Positions 1-12,645 of a stretch of DNA of 64,000 nt are shown one piece after another; the stretch's first letter is position 1, and each line of letters starts with the position of its first letter. The notes under the pieces are model-generated. The model saw only the letters and a program-made list of their open reading frames with translations. It was not told the DNA's origin and searched no databases. The position numbers and the translations under genes were made by a program. Origin of the DNA: Vicugna vicugna (Eukaryota); the NCBI GenBank assembly GCA_013265495.1, contig MU058252.1:1212244-1276243 (forward strand), written 5' to 3'.

Positions 1-1039
1 AAGAACAGTATGATAGCACAGAGAGCATAATATATTGGATAAAACATTACATTGTAAGACAAGAAGCCTGAATTTTAGTCTCTATTCTGCTTCTACAAAT
101 TAGTCACCTTGGGCAATTCACTTAATCACTAGTCCCTCACCAGTTCTTAATCTAGAATTTATTAGTTTACCTGAATAGATTTCAAAGGAAGCAAATTAAC
201 TACTTTTACAATTGATTCATCCTACAGAATATTCAAGGAAAAATCACAGTAAACATTGTTTGTAAATATCTTCCTAACAGGAAAAAAATTAGTTTTATTC
301 AGCCAGTTGGGAATTAAAGGAGTTAATAGAAAGAGTTATTCTTAATTTTACTTTCACTTTAAGAATTTAAATATTTTATGCTTCCATGGACAAATAATTG
401 AAAATTGGTTGTTGTTTACCTGGTACTATACTAACTCTGCCCAGGAGGTAGAGTTGTCAGCAAACCTACAGGGTTTAGAGATACAGATGACAGAGCCTCA
501 ATAAATTCCTCAGGAAGCCTGGAGAAACCAGAATGGAACACCTCAGGGTCTTAAAAGATGCAAATACCAAAATGGATGGAAAGGGGGAGAATCACTGACT
601 ACAAGAACATCCAGAAAAAATTTAAAATAACTGAAAATACATCTTAAAAGTATCTCACCAAGCAGAAAGACTGATGGTATCTTAAGTAATGAAAAAGAAG
701 CAGAAAAAATGTCTATAGATCTTATCTAACTCTCAAAACCCAAAAGAAACTACACATCACCTAAGCACTTAGTACAACTACCATTGGGGAGGAACAATAT
801 ATATATAAGTAATTGATTCCAAATATTTAATACAAATTTATACATAAATACATATACACATAAACATATGTACATATAAAATCACAGTTAGATCATCTCA
901 AAGCCAGTCTGATCAAAAGGTAATCTTTTATTTCTGGATTTTAAGTTAATAGATTTTAAAAAACACTTATCTGTTTCAGCATGTGTATATAGGGATACTA
1001 CCTATTTCAAAGAGTTTCAAAGAGTTAAAGACAAACTAC

Positions 1040-1560
1040 TCAAAAACAAATTCTAAGCCATGAATCACCATACATATGTTAGTTTACAGGTTCACAGCAG
1101 CATTTTTTATAACAGCCTAAAATTGTAAACAACCCAACTGTCCAACAAGTGATTCAGTAAACAAATTGTGGTACCTCCACTATTCAGCAAGAACAAGGAA
1201 TCACTACTGGTATGTGCAACAATATGGGTGAATCTCAAAATAACTGAGTTTTATAAAGCCAGACCAAAAGAAAAGAAAAAAAAAGGTATATACTATATGA
1301 CATTATTTATATAAAATTCTAGAAAATGCAAACTAATCTATGGTGAGAGAAAACACACTGTCCAGGAAGACAGGAAGGAGTGGGGCGTGAACAGTCAGAA
1401 AGGAGAAATCCCCAAGGGGCACCAGGAAACTTTCAGGGTGATGAATATTCATTATCTTGAAGGTGCCAGTGGTTTCATGAGTGTATACATGTGTCAAATT
1501 TAGACTTTAAACGTGTGCAGTTGATTGTGTATCAATTATACATCAATAAAGCTGTGTTTT
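1040..1560 (+). mobile_element. L1M 3'UTR fragment
   Basis: ttcacagcagcatttttt, aaacaacccaactgtcca, gaatctcaaaa, ending caataaagctg. Confidence 0.75.
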
Positions 1561-1672
1561 TAGAAGTTGAAGGTAATATATAGATTTGAATAGGCATCCG
1601 ATTTGTCTGCTCTAGATAAAGAACATACAGATGATATTTTTCTTAAAAAAAAAAAAAACAACAACAACTTAC

Positions 1673-1787
1673 TTTGCATTTCCAGCCATTGGTTGGTACT
1701 GATTTCATAACTGGTTGAAGACAAAAAGTATGATACCCTTTGTCACACGTATCACACACTAGCATCTTGCTATCTTCTCCCGATTGT
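1673..1787 (-). CDS. KMT2C: KMT2C coding exon (human exon 9), 115 bp, phase 2 to 0; third PHD finger
   Basis: tag|ACAATCG...TGCAAA|gtaagt; translates QSGEDSKMLVCDTCDKGYHTFCLQPVMKSVPTNGWKCK. Confidence 0.97.
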
Positions 1788-2184
1788 CTAAAAAATAAGA
1801 TAGCATTAATGATGCCTTATCTTTAAACTTATGTTTGTAACATAAGTAATCATGAAAAGAATAAGTCTTGGGAACTGCCCAGTTCATAAATACCCTCAGT
1901 GTCTGTTTTGCCTATGCACAGATAATGACAGCGTTAACCCTCTAGAGGATGAGACAGGCATCTTCCAAAGGTCCCTAAAGGATTATCCCTACTGAATGCT
2001 CACCTATGGGGAACCTGCTTTAGTCATTTCAGGATTCATGCAAAGAAGGAGGGGTTACGGCAAGATGAATGAATTTGATCTTTACTTTTTAAACATCTCA
2101 TACCCATCCTTTTAGGGGGAAGGAGCTATAACTGATAGGTGATGCTGCACTGAAACAAACAAATCTTGGCACAGTGAATTGGAA

Positions 2185-2400
2185 GGCACTGTCATATGAT
2201 AAAAAGAGGATCAAATTTGGCATCAGACCTACATTTGTGTTCAGACTTCTGTTTTTCTACCTGTGTGACTCCTGAGTAACTTAGACTTAAGTCCTCAGGT
2301 ACAAAATGTGACTAATCGAAGATTACTGTAAGAATTAAATATAATTCTGGTTGAAGAGCTAAGAATATCCAATAAGCAATAAGTGCTAAATAAATAGGTA
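2185..2400 (+). mobile_element. MIR SINE
   Basis: ttggcatcagacctacatttg...ctgtgtgactcctgagtaacttagactt...tgtaagaattaaat. Confidence 0.55.
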
Positions 2401-3652
2401 TAAGAATTATAATCTTGTCATAATTATTAAGAATTGTAATAGAAAACCTAAAATCTTTCCCTAAACATTCTTCTGCCCCAAAGATTGGGCCCCTGTCCTG
2501 TCCATGATTTCTATCTTGATTCTTGGCTATTAATCGCTCTCAGTAACTAAGAATTTAATTCAAGAGGAGGGGAAAAGAAAAACTAGGGAATGCAAGAAGA
2601 AGAACTGAGAGAGGAACCGCTGAATAAAACCTGGGGATAAACAGAAGTAAAAAAGAAGATGGGTTAGTTGGCCTCCAATAATTCCTTATTTAACAAATTC
2701 TACATACAAAATTGTTTATTTTATCTCTTTAACTACATGAAAAGATCTTGGAGGAAAAGCACTCTGTCTTCAAGTTCTCTTATTCCTTCTCAAGAAACTA
2801 GGCACAGACACAAGGTATCAGATAAATGTTTACTGATATTTTCTTTAATTTTTACCAAAATATAAAGCCACATGGTCCTATTTATTCCACATAATTCTAA
2901 GATAGTGATGTTTATTGTTTTCAAATTAAATTACAAGTAAAACAAACAGATCGTGGCAGTGGTGGGCATCATTTCTCCCCATTACAAAAACCCTCAGCTT
3001 GTAAACTGCTGCAGATGCAGTAACACCCCCACATTATCATGCTAATTAGCAGCATGGGGGGTGGGGCAGAACCACAGAAGAGACTGGAGAAATGACTCAA
3101 AGATGGAATACAAGTAGAAAAACGTTTAAATGCCATACAATACTTCATCTGAGTATTATGGTGAAGGTAACTGCCTTTCAGATAGATACAGATTTTTTAA
3201 AAAACAGGAGACTTAGTACTGGAATAGAAAAATGAAACTTATGACATTCTTTGACTCACTCTAATAACTACTTTCTGTGGTTAGAGGTTTATTTTCCTAT
3301 TAAATCTCCTCCCCAGCCTCCCTCAGGGAACAAAAACAAGCTGCTCTATTTTCTAATGCTTTTTAAATTTTTAACTGTTAATGTTGTTTATTTAAAAATA
3401 GTTGGCAAATTTAAATTAGCTTTTTAGGCAACCAGAGGAATTTTAATTATTAAAATTAGCTTTTATTTAGTCTTGCTTCAAAGTAATATAAATGTTAATA
3501 TCTAGCAATTTTTTTAAGACATGATGGAGTCAGTGTGAATGAATACAGCTGCAGGATGAACAAGCTTTATCATATTACACAAACCTTTAGAACCTAATAA
3601 TCGGGTCTCTCTTAAACTCAATACACACCTTGGAGTTGAAATTAAAACTTAC

Positions 3653-3824
3653 TTGCAGTTCTGGCACACTTTGCACTCAGGACATTGCCAACCTGCACGT
3701 TTTAATGGAGTAACCGCTATATCCAGGCACATTCCATGATAGTGCTGACCACAAGTAGTACAAAAGAACTGATCTAAGAGGTCTCCCGGGCTGTCGCACA
3801 CTGCACAGTTTGCATCTTCCTTTG
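3653..3824 (-). CDS. KMT2C: KMT2C coding exon (human exon 8), 172 bp, phase 1 to 2; second PHD finger
   Basis: tag|CAAAGG...TGCAA|gtaagt; translates KEDANCAVCDSPGDLLDQFFCTTCGQHYHGMCLDIAVTPLKRAGWQCPECKVCQNC(K), a C4HC3 PHD pattern. Confidence 0.97.
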
Positions 3825-4889
3825 CTATAATTAACAGTAAAACAATGAAATTGTTGTATAAGAATTTAATATTTTTCTGACTTTACAGTTTAAAAATCAC
3901 TAGAAGGGAATTTGCATGGTAAATCTTTCAGACACTTGAAGTTACCACATTGAACTGATATCCAATCAGAATGAGGTCTCAATAAAAACACTGTAATATA
4001 TTTAATCTAAATTTAATCACATTAAATTTAATCATGTAGTTTTGTGATTATCTGTGCCTACATCTCTACTTGAGGCCATGGCAGTTCTTATTTAATTTTA
4101 TGTCCCTAACACCATCAGTAATACTGGGGACCTAGTTAATGTTCAGTATGTGTGCTTGCTGAATAGAACCAAAAAGGAAAATACCAACTGACAGACATTT
4201 TGCAGTGCAAAAATAAACATTTTTATTTGGATCTTAAATATGTTTTGAAATTAACAAAATCAGAGAAAAGACAAAAATTAAGAAATGTTAGTATGACTTA
4301 GATTAAGATGCTTCTTAAGCATAAACACTAATTTTTATTCAAATCAAATAAGGTTTTTAAAAAAACTGGAAAATATACGAGGGAGAACATTAAAGATGAA
4401 AGCTACATACTCATACACAAATACGACACTTCATGTACTAATTCTACATTCATCTGTATTAATTGCTAGTTGTAAAAAAGCATTAAAATCTGTATAATTA
4501 TGGACATCATCTATCCCTAACTGTGAATTAGAAGGAATGGCACTTTTTAACAGTTCTCTCACCATCTAAAAGAAAAAGTAAATGTAAGAATAAACTGCCT
4601 TGCCAAGTACACAAACTCATGCATGTTACAATATAATAAGGAAAAGAATATATTCTAAAATCATACCAACTTGATGATATATATAAATATGCCTATAACT
4701 AACACTTCTGCTTTCAACTAAATGGTCTGATTAGCTGACTATCCTAGGACTGTTTTAAATTGTATATATAAATTTTTTTCTTCATTGCATTTTGAAGGTT
4801 GGTCAGTCCTCTCTGACTATAAGCCCTTTCTACCTTTGTTCTTTCCCAGTCAAGAATCTTGAAACAGTAATAATTCCTCTTCCTTATAC

Positions 4890-5062
4890 CAGGAGTTGGC
4901 AAACTGGTTTTGTGGGCCATAGATGTCTCTGGCATACATACTTTTTGTTTTTATTTTAGAGTCCTTTCAAAATGGTTTTTTTAAAAAACTCAACCACTTG
5001 CAGTTTGAGGGCAGTACAGAAATAGGCCATAAGATGTACCTGGACTGTAAGCTGGGCCCCTG
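4890..5062. mobile_element. MER58-like hAT MITE
   Basis: Begins caggagttggcaaact...tgtgggccata and ends gggcccctg. Confidence 0.55.
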
Positions 5063-6290
5063 ATGGCTCCCCATCCACCCAGCATTCATCTGAAGCCACT
5101 TTAATGAGGCCCCCAATGAACTATGAATCCAACGGTTACTTTGTAGACCTTACCTTAATCGCACTTTGCAGCATCTACATCACTATAAAAAGTCCCACAT
5201 TCAATGTCCCTACCTTGACTTCTCTGATGGCAGCTTTCTCCTGCTTTCTCCTTAGGTTTCCTACGCCTCCCTCATCCTGCTGTGTTGGCTTCTGTACCCT
5301 CTAAATGCTGGAGTCTTTTAGGATTTCATCCTGGTCCTTCTTTTCTAATTCCCCATGGTTTTTCTTTGTGATCACAGCAACTCCTATATAATAAAATACC
5401 ACCACAATTCCCAAATCTATATCACCAGCCCCAAACTTCTTTCTAAACCTCAAAATGTTATTTTCAAGTCTCAGTGGACCTCAATGGCCAGCTGTTCTAA
5501 AAATACTCAAAATTCAATACCCCTAACATAAAACTTTTTTTAAACCTAAACTTCTCCCTTTTTCCTCAACCTGCTGGGTGAAGAAACTTTAGTATCACTA
5601 CTGACCCTTCTCTTTCCTGACCCAATACATCCCACTGGGTGCCAGTTCTCAGTGAGTGATCTTCTTCCTTCTATTTGTACAGCTCAGTGCATTACACTTG
5701 GTCTTGGTCATTGCAGTTCTCTTCTTAATTTGAATCCTTGCTTAGGGCTCTGACCTCCTCCTTAAATCATCTACACATCCAGAGCACTTTTCTAAAATTG
5801 TGGATCTGTTATGCCTGCTTAAAACTAAAATTTTATCAACACCTCCTTTTTACCTTAAAAAAAAAAAAAAGAGGCAGGGGGAGCTTTATCTCCTTTTCCA
5901 GTTGAATCTCAGAACTACTCACTATTTCCGGGTCTTATCAAACAGTTTTGCTGTGCACAGAATACAACACGCTGTTCAACAGTTGTGTGCTTGTATACAT
6001 TCTGTTCCCTCTTCTCGAAATTCTGTTCCTTTGATGTGCCCCTAACCCATTCCTAAGAGGCCTTCAAAACTCTTGCTCAAACATATTCCCTGACTATCTA
6101 ATGTCACCACACCAAATACCCATTTAGTTGTTGACGCAGTGCCTTCCCCATACGCAGAGAAGAAACCATTATATAATCAATTAATTCTAACACAACACCG
6201 TGAACCCGTGAAGGGTAGTAACCTTGTCTTCTTCAACTCTGTATCCTCAGTTGCCTAGCACAAATCGAGTCTTATTAAATATACTTTAAG
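5063..6290 (+). mobile_element. L2 LINE remnant
   Basis: Pyrimidine-rich; cccaaatctatatcaccagccc, cttgtcttcttcaactctgtatcctcagttgcctagcaca. Confidence 0.65.
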
Positions 6291-6649
6291 CAAAACAGTT
6301 GCTTCTAAAATCATTTTTAAGTAGCTCTTTAAATGAGAGGCACTTAAAATAAACCATTCGTTTTCAAAGGAAAATGTTACATTTAGCTCATTCTTTATAG
6401 AAATGATAAAAAATAGAATTATTTTTCTTAATACTAGAAGAGAGTGCCATATTTACTCATTCAAGCTAAGTACATTTTAAAACTAATCTTTGATTTTTGC
6501 CTACCCTCAAAACTTACAGAAATTGAGGCAAATACTGGACTGAATCAGATACTCGGCTCACTCGGCTCACTTGGCTTTCTATTGCAGTTTGCCAAGAACG
6601 TTATCTAAATGCTGTAACACTTTCTACGGTTTGCGGGACTGCCACTTCA

Positions 6650-6952
6650 ACTTGCCACAGTAGCTTCTAGTCACATGTAGCTACTGAACAACCTGAAATC
6701 AGTCCACACTGAGATGTGTTGTACATATAAAATGCACTCAGGATTCCAAAGACTTAATAGGAAAAAAAAAATACTAATGTCAAAATCTCAAAAATTTTAT
6801 TACATATTGAAATAGTAACATTTCGGATATATTAGGTTAAATATATGTATTTATTTAAAATTAATTTCAAGATTTTTTACTTTTTAACATGACTACTAGA
6901 AAAAATAATATTACTTACATTGCTCACATCATATTTCTATTGCACAGCACTA
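6650..6952. mobile_element. MER33-like hAT MITE
   Basis: tagcttctagtcacatgtagctactgaac...ctgagatgtg...ggattccaaagacttaa...atatttctattgcacagcact. Confidence 0.7.
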
Positions 6953-8579
6953 TTTATAAAGCAAAATTCATTCTGCAACAAGGTAACTGTGTGTATCACT
7001 GTGGCAGAGATTACTTTTTCTTCTATGACCATTTATACAATTCCTTAATAACAATGCTGTCATGTTGTTTAATTGGTATGAATCACTGGTAATAAACTGG
7101 GCAAAGCAAAGCATCCATGTGATATATTCATTCCAAAAACATTTACTATGCATTATGTAAAAATAATAATAGGAAAAAGTGGGTTCCAGCAATTTTCCCA
7201 ATCAGGGAGAAGACACATGTAGAAATACTAAAACAGCCTTTTGGGGATCACGCATACAAAGATGGCATAACTGGATAGCTTAAGTGTCATGTCAGATATA
7301 AGTATATGTATATATACATACATATACGTTTGCAAGCCACAGAGGCATTAAAGTTGAAGCAATAATCAAACTAAGTGAAATTTTTCTTTAAGCAGTTGGG
7401 AAAGCAAAAGAGATTGAGTGAAAGACTAAAGCTAAAGACAATTTAAGAGAGTATGGGAGTAAAATCCAGGTTAATTTGCCTGCAAAGATCAGGCTCCTTA
7501 CTACCAATGAATATTGACGCCCACTGGAAGGGCAAAGGAGCTGAAGAATATCTAAAGCATGTACAAAAGTAGAAAGGGAAGGGCCAGCACAGGTACAAAA
7601 TGGAGAAGTTAAATGATGAAGGGGGAGCAAGAAAAGAGTAGGAGAAACAGAAGAATAAGCTTCAGTCAGGTCACTTCCTAAGTAACAGCTGTGACAAGAG
7701 AAGAAATGGAGGAAAAGACAAAAACATGGAGCTTAAATTAGAAGGGAGCTTCTCACAGATGCTTAAACATGGTTGAGCTGGAAGGTGAGACTACTGCTTA
7801 AATAAGAATAGAAGCACTGGTGAAGAGCAACCAAGTCAAATTATCATCAGTCAATTCGGAAAGGACTAAATCAGCATGGCTCTGCAGCATCCATCAACAT
7901 TACAACACCCGTTATAGATGCTCCCTTTGCCGGTGGGACAATGTGCTGAGTGATTTATTTGCTATTCAAATGGAATCTCCAGAAAGAGCAAGTGAATCAT
8001 GGATGCTGTCCAGAGAGGCTGGCCCATATAGTAGGCAGGAAGGTAAGAAAGAAGGGACTGACAGAATTTAAGGTGACGGAAAAGTAGCAGGACTTGGTTT
8101 CAAGAGAGACACGGACAACTAAGAAAATGAGGTAGGAGTTAAAGGCTTAGAAGCAGTAAAAGAAGTTAAAGCTCAGTGACAAAAGTAAATACGCTGGGAG
8201 AGGGGGAATGGGTTAAGAATACAGCATTCCCATGTTTAACCCTTGCCAAGCCTTCTCAGTGCAGACAGAATAAAATTCACATCCCTTCCCTTGTTTACGA
8301 GGCCTTCGTGATCTTGTCTTTGTTAGTCCTGCTGTGGGCTCTGCTATCCACCCAGCACACCCCATGTTCCAGGCACAGTGGCGAGCTGTCTCCCCCATAA
8401 TCATGCCAACTCATCCCTCGAGGCCTGCGGAGTAGCTGTTCGCTCTGCCTGGAATGTCCTTGCCTCTGATCTTGCAAGGCTGGCTTTTTGCCACTCAGCT
8501 TTCCCTGAGAGGCAAAATACTACTCAGAAGTATATCTGGCTATGTCTCTTACATGGATATTTGGTGTAAGGTTTCCAGG

Positions 8580-9590
8580 CAAGGTTAGTGTGTACTTGCA
8601 TCATGCTGAAAATAAGGTTGGAGCCATAAGCAGCATTTTTCTATGACAGAGCACCCCAAAATTATTATCTGATGAAAATCTTGGCCGTGCTCACAGCTGC
8701 TCTCCTTGCTGGGATTTTTTTCTAACGAGGTCCTTCATAAAGAGATGTCAATCTTACTCCTAACTCATTTCACCATCACAGCATATTGCTCAACACTTAG
8801 CCAGCAGCATGAAGTATTATACTCAGTATGTACATGTAACTTGAGCCTTAAATAAGAGCTAAAATAACCACCTTGTAGTGAAGCAATTCATGTATATAAG
8901 GTACAATGCTACATGATTTTCATTAATTCTCATTTAACCCTCATAATAACACTGTCATTTAAGATATCCCCATTTTTAAAAAAAAAAGTTAAGTGCCTTG
9001 TGCTATTATACACAATTAGGACAGCTAAAAATACTTACGGAAGATTTTATAAGACTACTGCATAGTCTTGTATGTTATTGCAATACATTCTATCTGCCAT
9101 GTTCTCTATACCTTTGGGTTAAAACAGATGGTCAGAAAGCTGTGTATTTAGACTGCATTATTTAAGATCCCCAAGGAATAGAATTTACTCAATTGGGCTT
9201 TGGTGTTATATCACTGATGTGAGGGCTGTTAAAAGAAATTGCCCTGTGAGATTTGTTTTTTATACTGCAAGACAGCTACCTGAAGACAATTTTTCACTGC
9301 CATCTGCAGGGCATATATAATCTCAGCATCAGGTGGATTTCTGTTGTGACTACAAATGTTCATATTCCCTTTTTCATGCTGACTGCTGGAAAGCTCTGGA
9401 GCCAGACCTGAGCTCAGGTCTAGGAACTCTGCATTTATTGTGTTTCAGTCTCTCACCTTCACATTTTTCACCTGATTTTCTCATGGCCAAATTTTCTTAC
9501 TTATTTTGACTTTTATTTTATCTGACTGTTCATTTATTTTTATGAGCCTCCGTAGGTCTATTCTGGAACAAGGCAAGCTACCAATAATTT
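8580..9590 (+). mobile_element. Possible ancient L4/RTE-X LINE remnant
   Basis: The 3' end tttatgagcctccgtaggtctattctggaacaaggcaagctaccaataa resembles recalled L4 termini. Upstream extent is uncertain. Confidence 0.3.
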
Positions 9591-11124
9591 CAGTATATCT
9601 TTTACCTTTGTGTTGCTAAATCATCTCACCTACACTTCATTATTTTCCAAAACGATTTATAATCCCTAACATATAAATGAGGTATATATACTATTAGAAC
9701 ACAGTCCTCAATAGAAAGTAGTACTGCCAATAAGTAATAAAATTTCTCACATTAGAAACAGAGTCATAGAGAAGTTTGCATGTTGTTTACTGAGGCCTAA
9801 AGTACAAAAGACTGAATAAAATTCAGATTCTTAAGCACAATCACAGTTGTTCTATTCTATTGGAAAAGCGTATTATACCACCCAGAAAATAATAATTCTG
9901 ATGACTGACATGGTAATCTGTGCACGTATTGAAGTAATTCACTATCTGAGGTCTTAAATCACTCATTACAGTTGCTGTGTATGAATGTTCTTTTTTCCCA
10001 GATTTAATAGTGTGTAATCCAAAATACTTTTAAAACTTTAAATCCCTTATTAGCCTAAATACAATTTGACGTTTCAGTTTGCCTTACCTATAATTGTTGT
10101 CTCTACAGTGATTAAGGGCAGTATGATTATACATGTAGACATAAAATAACTTTAACTGAAGATGAAAGCATGGCACTGAACAAAGAAAAAGTAATGACTA
10201 TGAAATCTCTGTTTGAGATTAGTTTAAGCCTGAGGTAGCTGTATTTTTATGTTTTACAAAGCTGGAAAAGATAAGAAAAAGGCCTTTTATCGACATTACT
10301 AAGAAACAGGTAAAAGCTAACAATTAGGCAACTAAGAGATGACATTAAAAAAGACTGAACAAAGGGTCACAGATTTCACAGTCAGATTGGAAATTCAATT
10401 TACTATAGAAAAAAGATCACAAATTATGCATGTTCACTGGAATTCCATACAGTAAGAAAAAAGTAAGATCTCTAATGATAAGGATAGGAAAGAGTTATAA
10501 TTTTCTGTATAACATAAATTTCAAACATTTAAACATTTTCATCTAATTATAAAATACGGTTTGGAAAAGAAAGAAAAAAGGCACAACTAAGGATTATAAA
10601 TAACCAAGATAGATGGATCAAGAAGAAGCACTAACAGAGATTTCTGTTATGACTATCAGGACTATACACTTTCCAAGATTTTCAAAGGTTTTGGTAATCC
10701 TGTTAATGAACATCCTGACATAACACCTGAGTAAAAAATCTAAATCTCCAAGTGGGTAGTTCCTTAGTGTAAAAGACATTGTTTAATTTTTTAAATGACC
10801 TACTTTATAATATATATTAAAATACCAAATACTCAGCATATCTGTCTTTCTATAGTAGTTAATTTTTCTTAATAAGAATAAAAAACATGTAAATTATCTT
10901 TGAACTTTTGAGGAAATACCTCTTTGGATTTAACTTCATTGGTATTTTGATAACAGATTCCTTTCCCCCTCCCAAGGATCTCTGGCAAAGATCCCTCAGA
11001 TTATCAAGATTATGTAATATTGCCTTTTAATACAAGTAGAATAACACTTAGGGAGCTTACAGCATTTATTACTTTAAGTAAATACACTGATTAATGTTTT
11101 CAGATGTGTCTACAGTAAACTTAC

Positions 11125-11287
11125 ATCTTTCAGGAGCTTGGTCAATGTGTTCTGGACAAAGAAGGAAGAAGTGGCTGAAATCCTGGAAGGTGCCGGCTCC
11201 AGCAGCACAAGGGTAATGGTATGTCTGGGTACACTTCTCTTCACAGCATTTGATAGTGGCTCCAAGGTGCTTACAAAATGCACATCG
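11125..11287 (-). CDS. KMT2C: KMT2C coding exon (human exon 7), 163 bp, phase 0 to 1; first PHD finger
   Basis: ttcag|CGATGT...AAGAT|gtaagt; translates RCAFCKHLGATIKCCEEKCTQTYHYPCAAGAGTFQDFSHFFLLCPEHIDQAPER(S). Confidence 0.97.
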
Positions 11288-12645
11288 CTGAAAGGGAGCA
11301 AAGGATAAAGAAATCTCTTTACAAAACCTAGGAAGACATTAGCAAGTCGGTGTACACTACTGGCAGAACCACCTGAGCCTGAAGAACACTAAACAAAGGG
11401 TCACTGAAGAGAGAAAGTCTATGGTCTCAGTTCTATGCTTGGTTGTATCAGAGTCATCCACTTCACTTTTTTCTCTACTGACGTTGGGGAATATGTACAA
11501 CTACCATTTTAAAAAAATTAATAATATGGTTAAAAGGGCAGGCTTCTTGTTGAGGGTTATTTTAACAGGTGATTAAATTCCACCAAGACACAGACAAAAT
11601 GAGTATATACTATTTCCAAAACCACTTACTAGTTATAACCTGCCTAAAAATCAATGTGAAGTAAAGTACTTGATTGTAGGATAAATGAATGACTGGTAAT
11701 TACATGGTTAAAGGCACACATACAAATCTACACACTTCACTGTAACAATTAATTTCAAGTGTCTTAATAAAAACTAGAAACGTGAAGAAAAATTAAGTCA
11801 TCTGACGTTCTCCTTCCCCCATTTCAATCTGCCTCAACTCTCTTACAAGTGCCAAAATCAAAGAAGATTCAAACCAGCAACAGGGGAAGTCTAGGGTACC
11901 TGAATGTGTAAGAATTACCTACAGTACCAAATTTACTTACTCGGCTTTCCCTAGAATGATTAATAAACTTCCTCATCCTCCCAAGCCCACTTTGGGCATC
12001 GTTTTCTTTGAGGAGCCTTTGCTGGGAGGCCTCCATCTTACAGTATAAAATCTCTCTCTCTGTGGAGGAGATCCCGAGCTGCCTGGCTTGCACACGCTTC
12101 TGTTTTAGCATTGATGCTATTGCACAGTAATGACTTATCAGTCTTCTTTTCATCCTGGCCCAAGATCCTTGAGTAGAGACAACAGATTGTACTACCTTTG
12201 TACCTGCAGCACCATAGATGATGCTTGACACAGAAAAGCCCTAATCAACAGGTGCTCATATTTATACGTACCAAATGAACTTCACTTTTGGTAATTTCAC
12301 TGTAAGTGTGTGGCTCATGAATAGCAGAGCTGAAACAACTGATGCCAAAAGGGACAAGATGTGGTAAAACTGAGCCTCATGTAACAGAGAAAGTTGCTAA
12401 CATTACTACAAATATCTTCACGTGCTAATATACTGATTCCATATTCTGCTAGTCAATTAGAGAATATAATAGTTTTTAAATTATAATTAATTTCAATGTT
12501 TTACACGTAAATCTACGTAAGATATCACATGCCATCAAACTCTTCCTCAAAACCATCAGTCCACTGCACTGAACCAATGTAAGGAACCTGAGTGTCTCTT
12601 GGTGCGTCTTCTACACATTTTGGCTGCAGTCAAGAAGACGACACA

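Noticed and set aside
11110..11301. 63-aa minus-strand ORF MLPFSDVHF...
   Set aside because: Alternative frame overlapping KMT2C exon 7; the spliced frame encodes the PHD finger.
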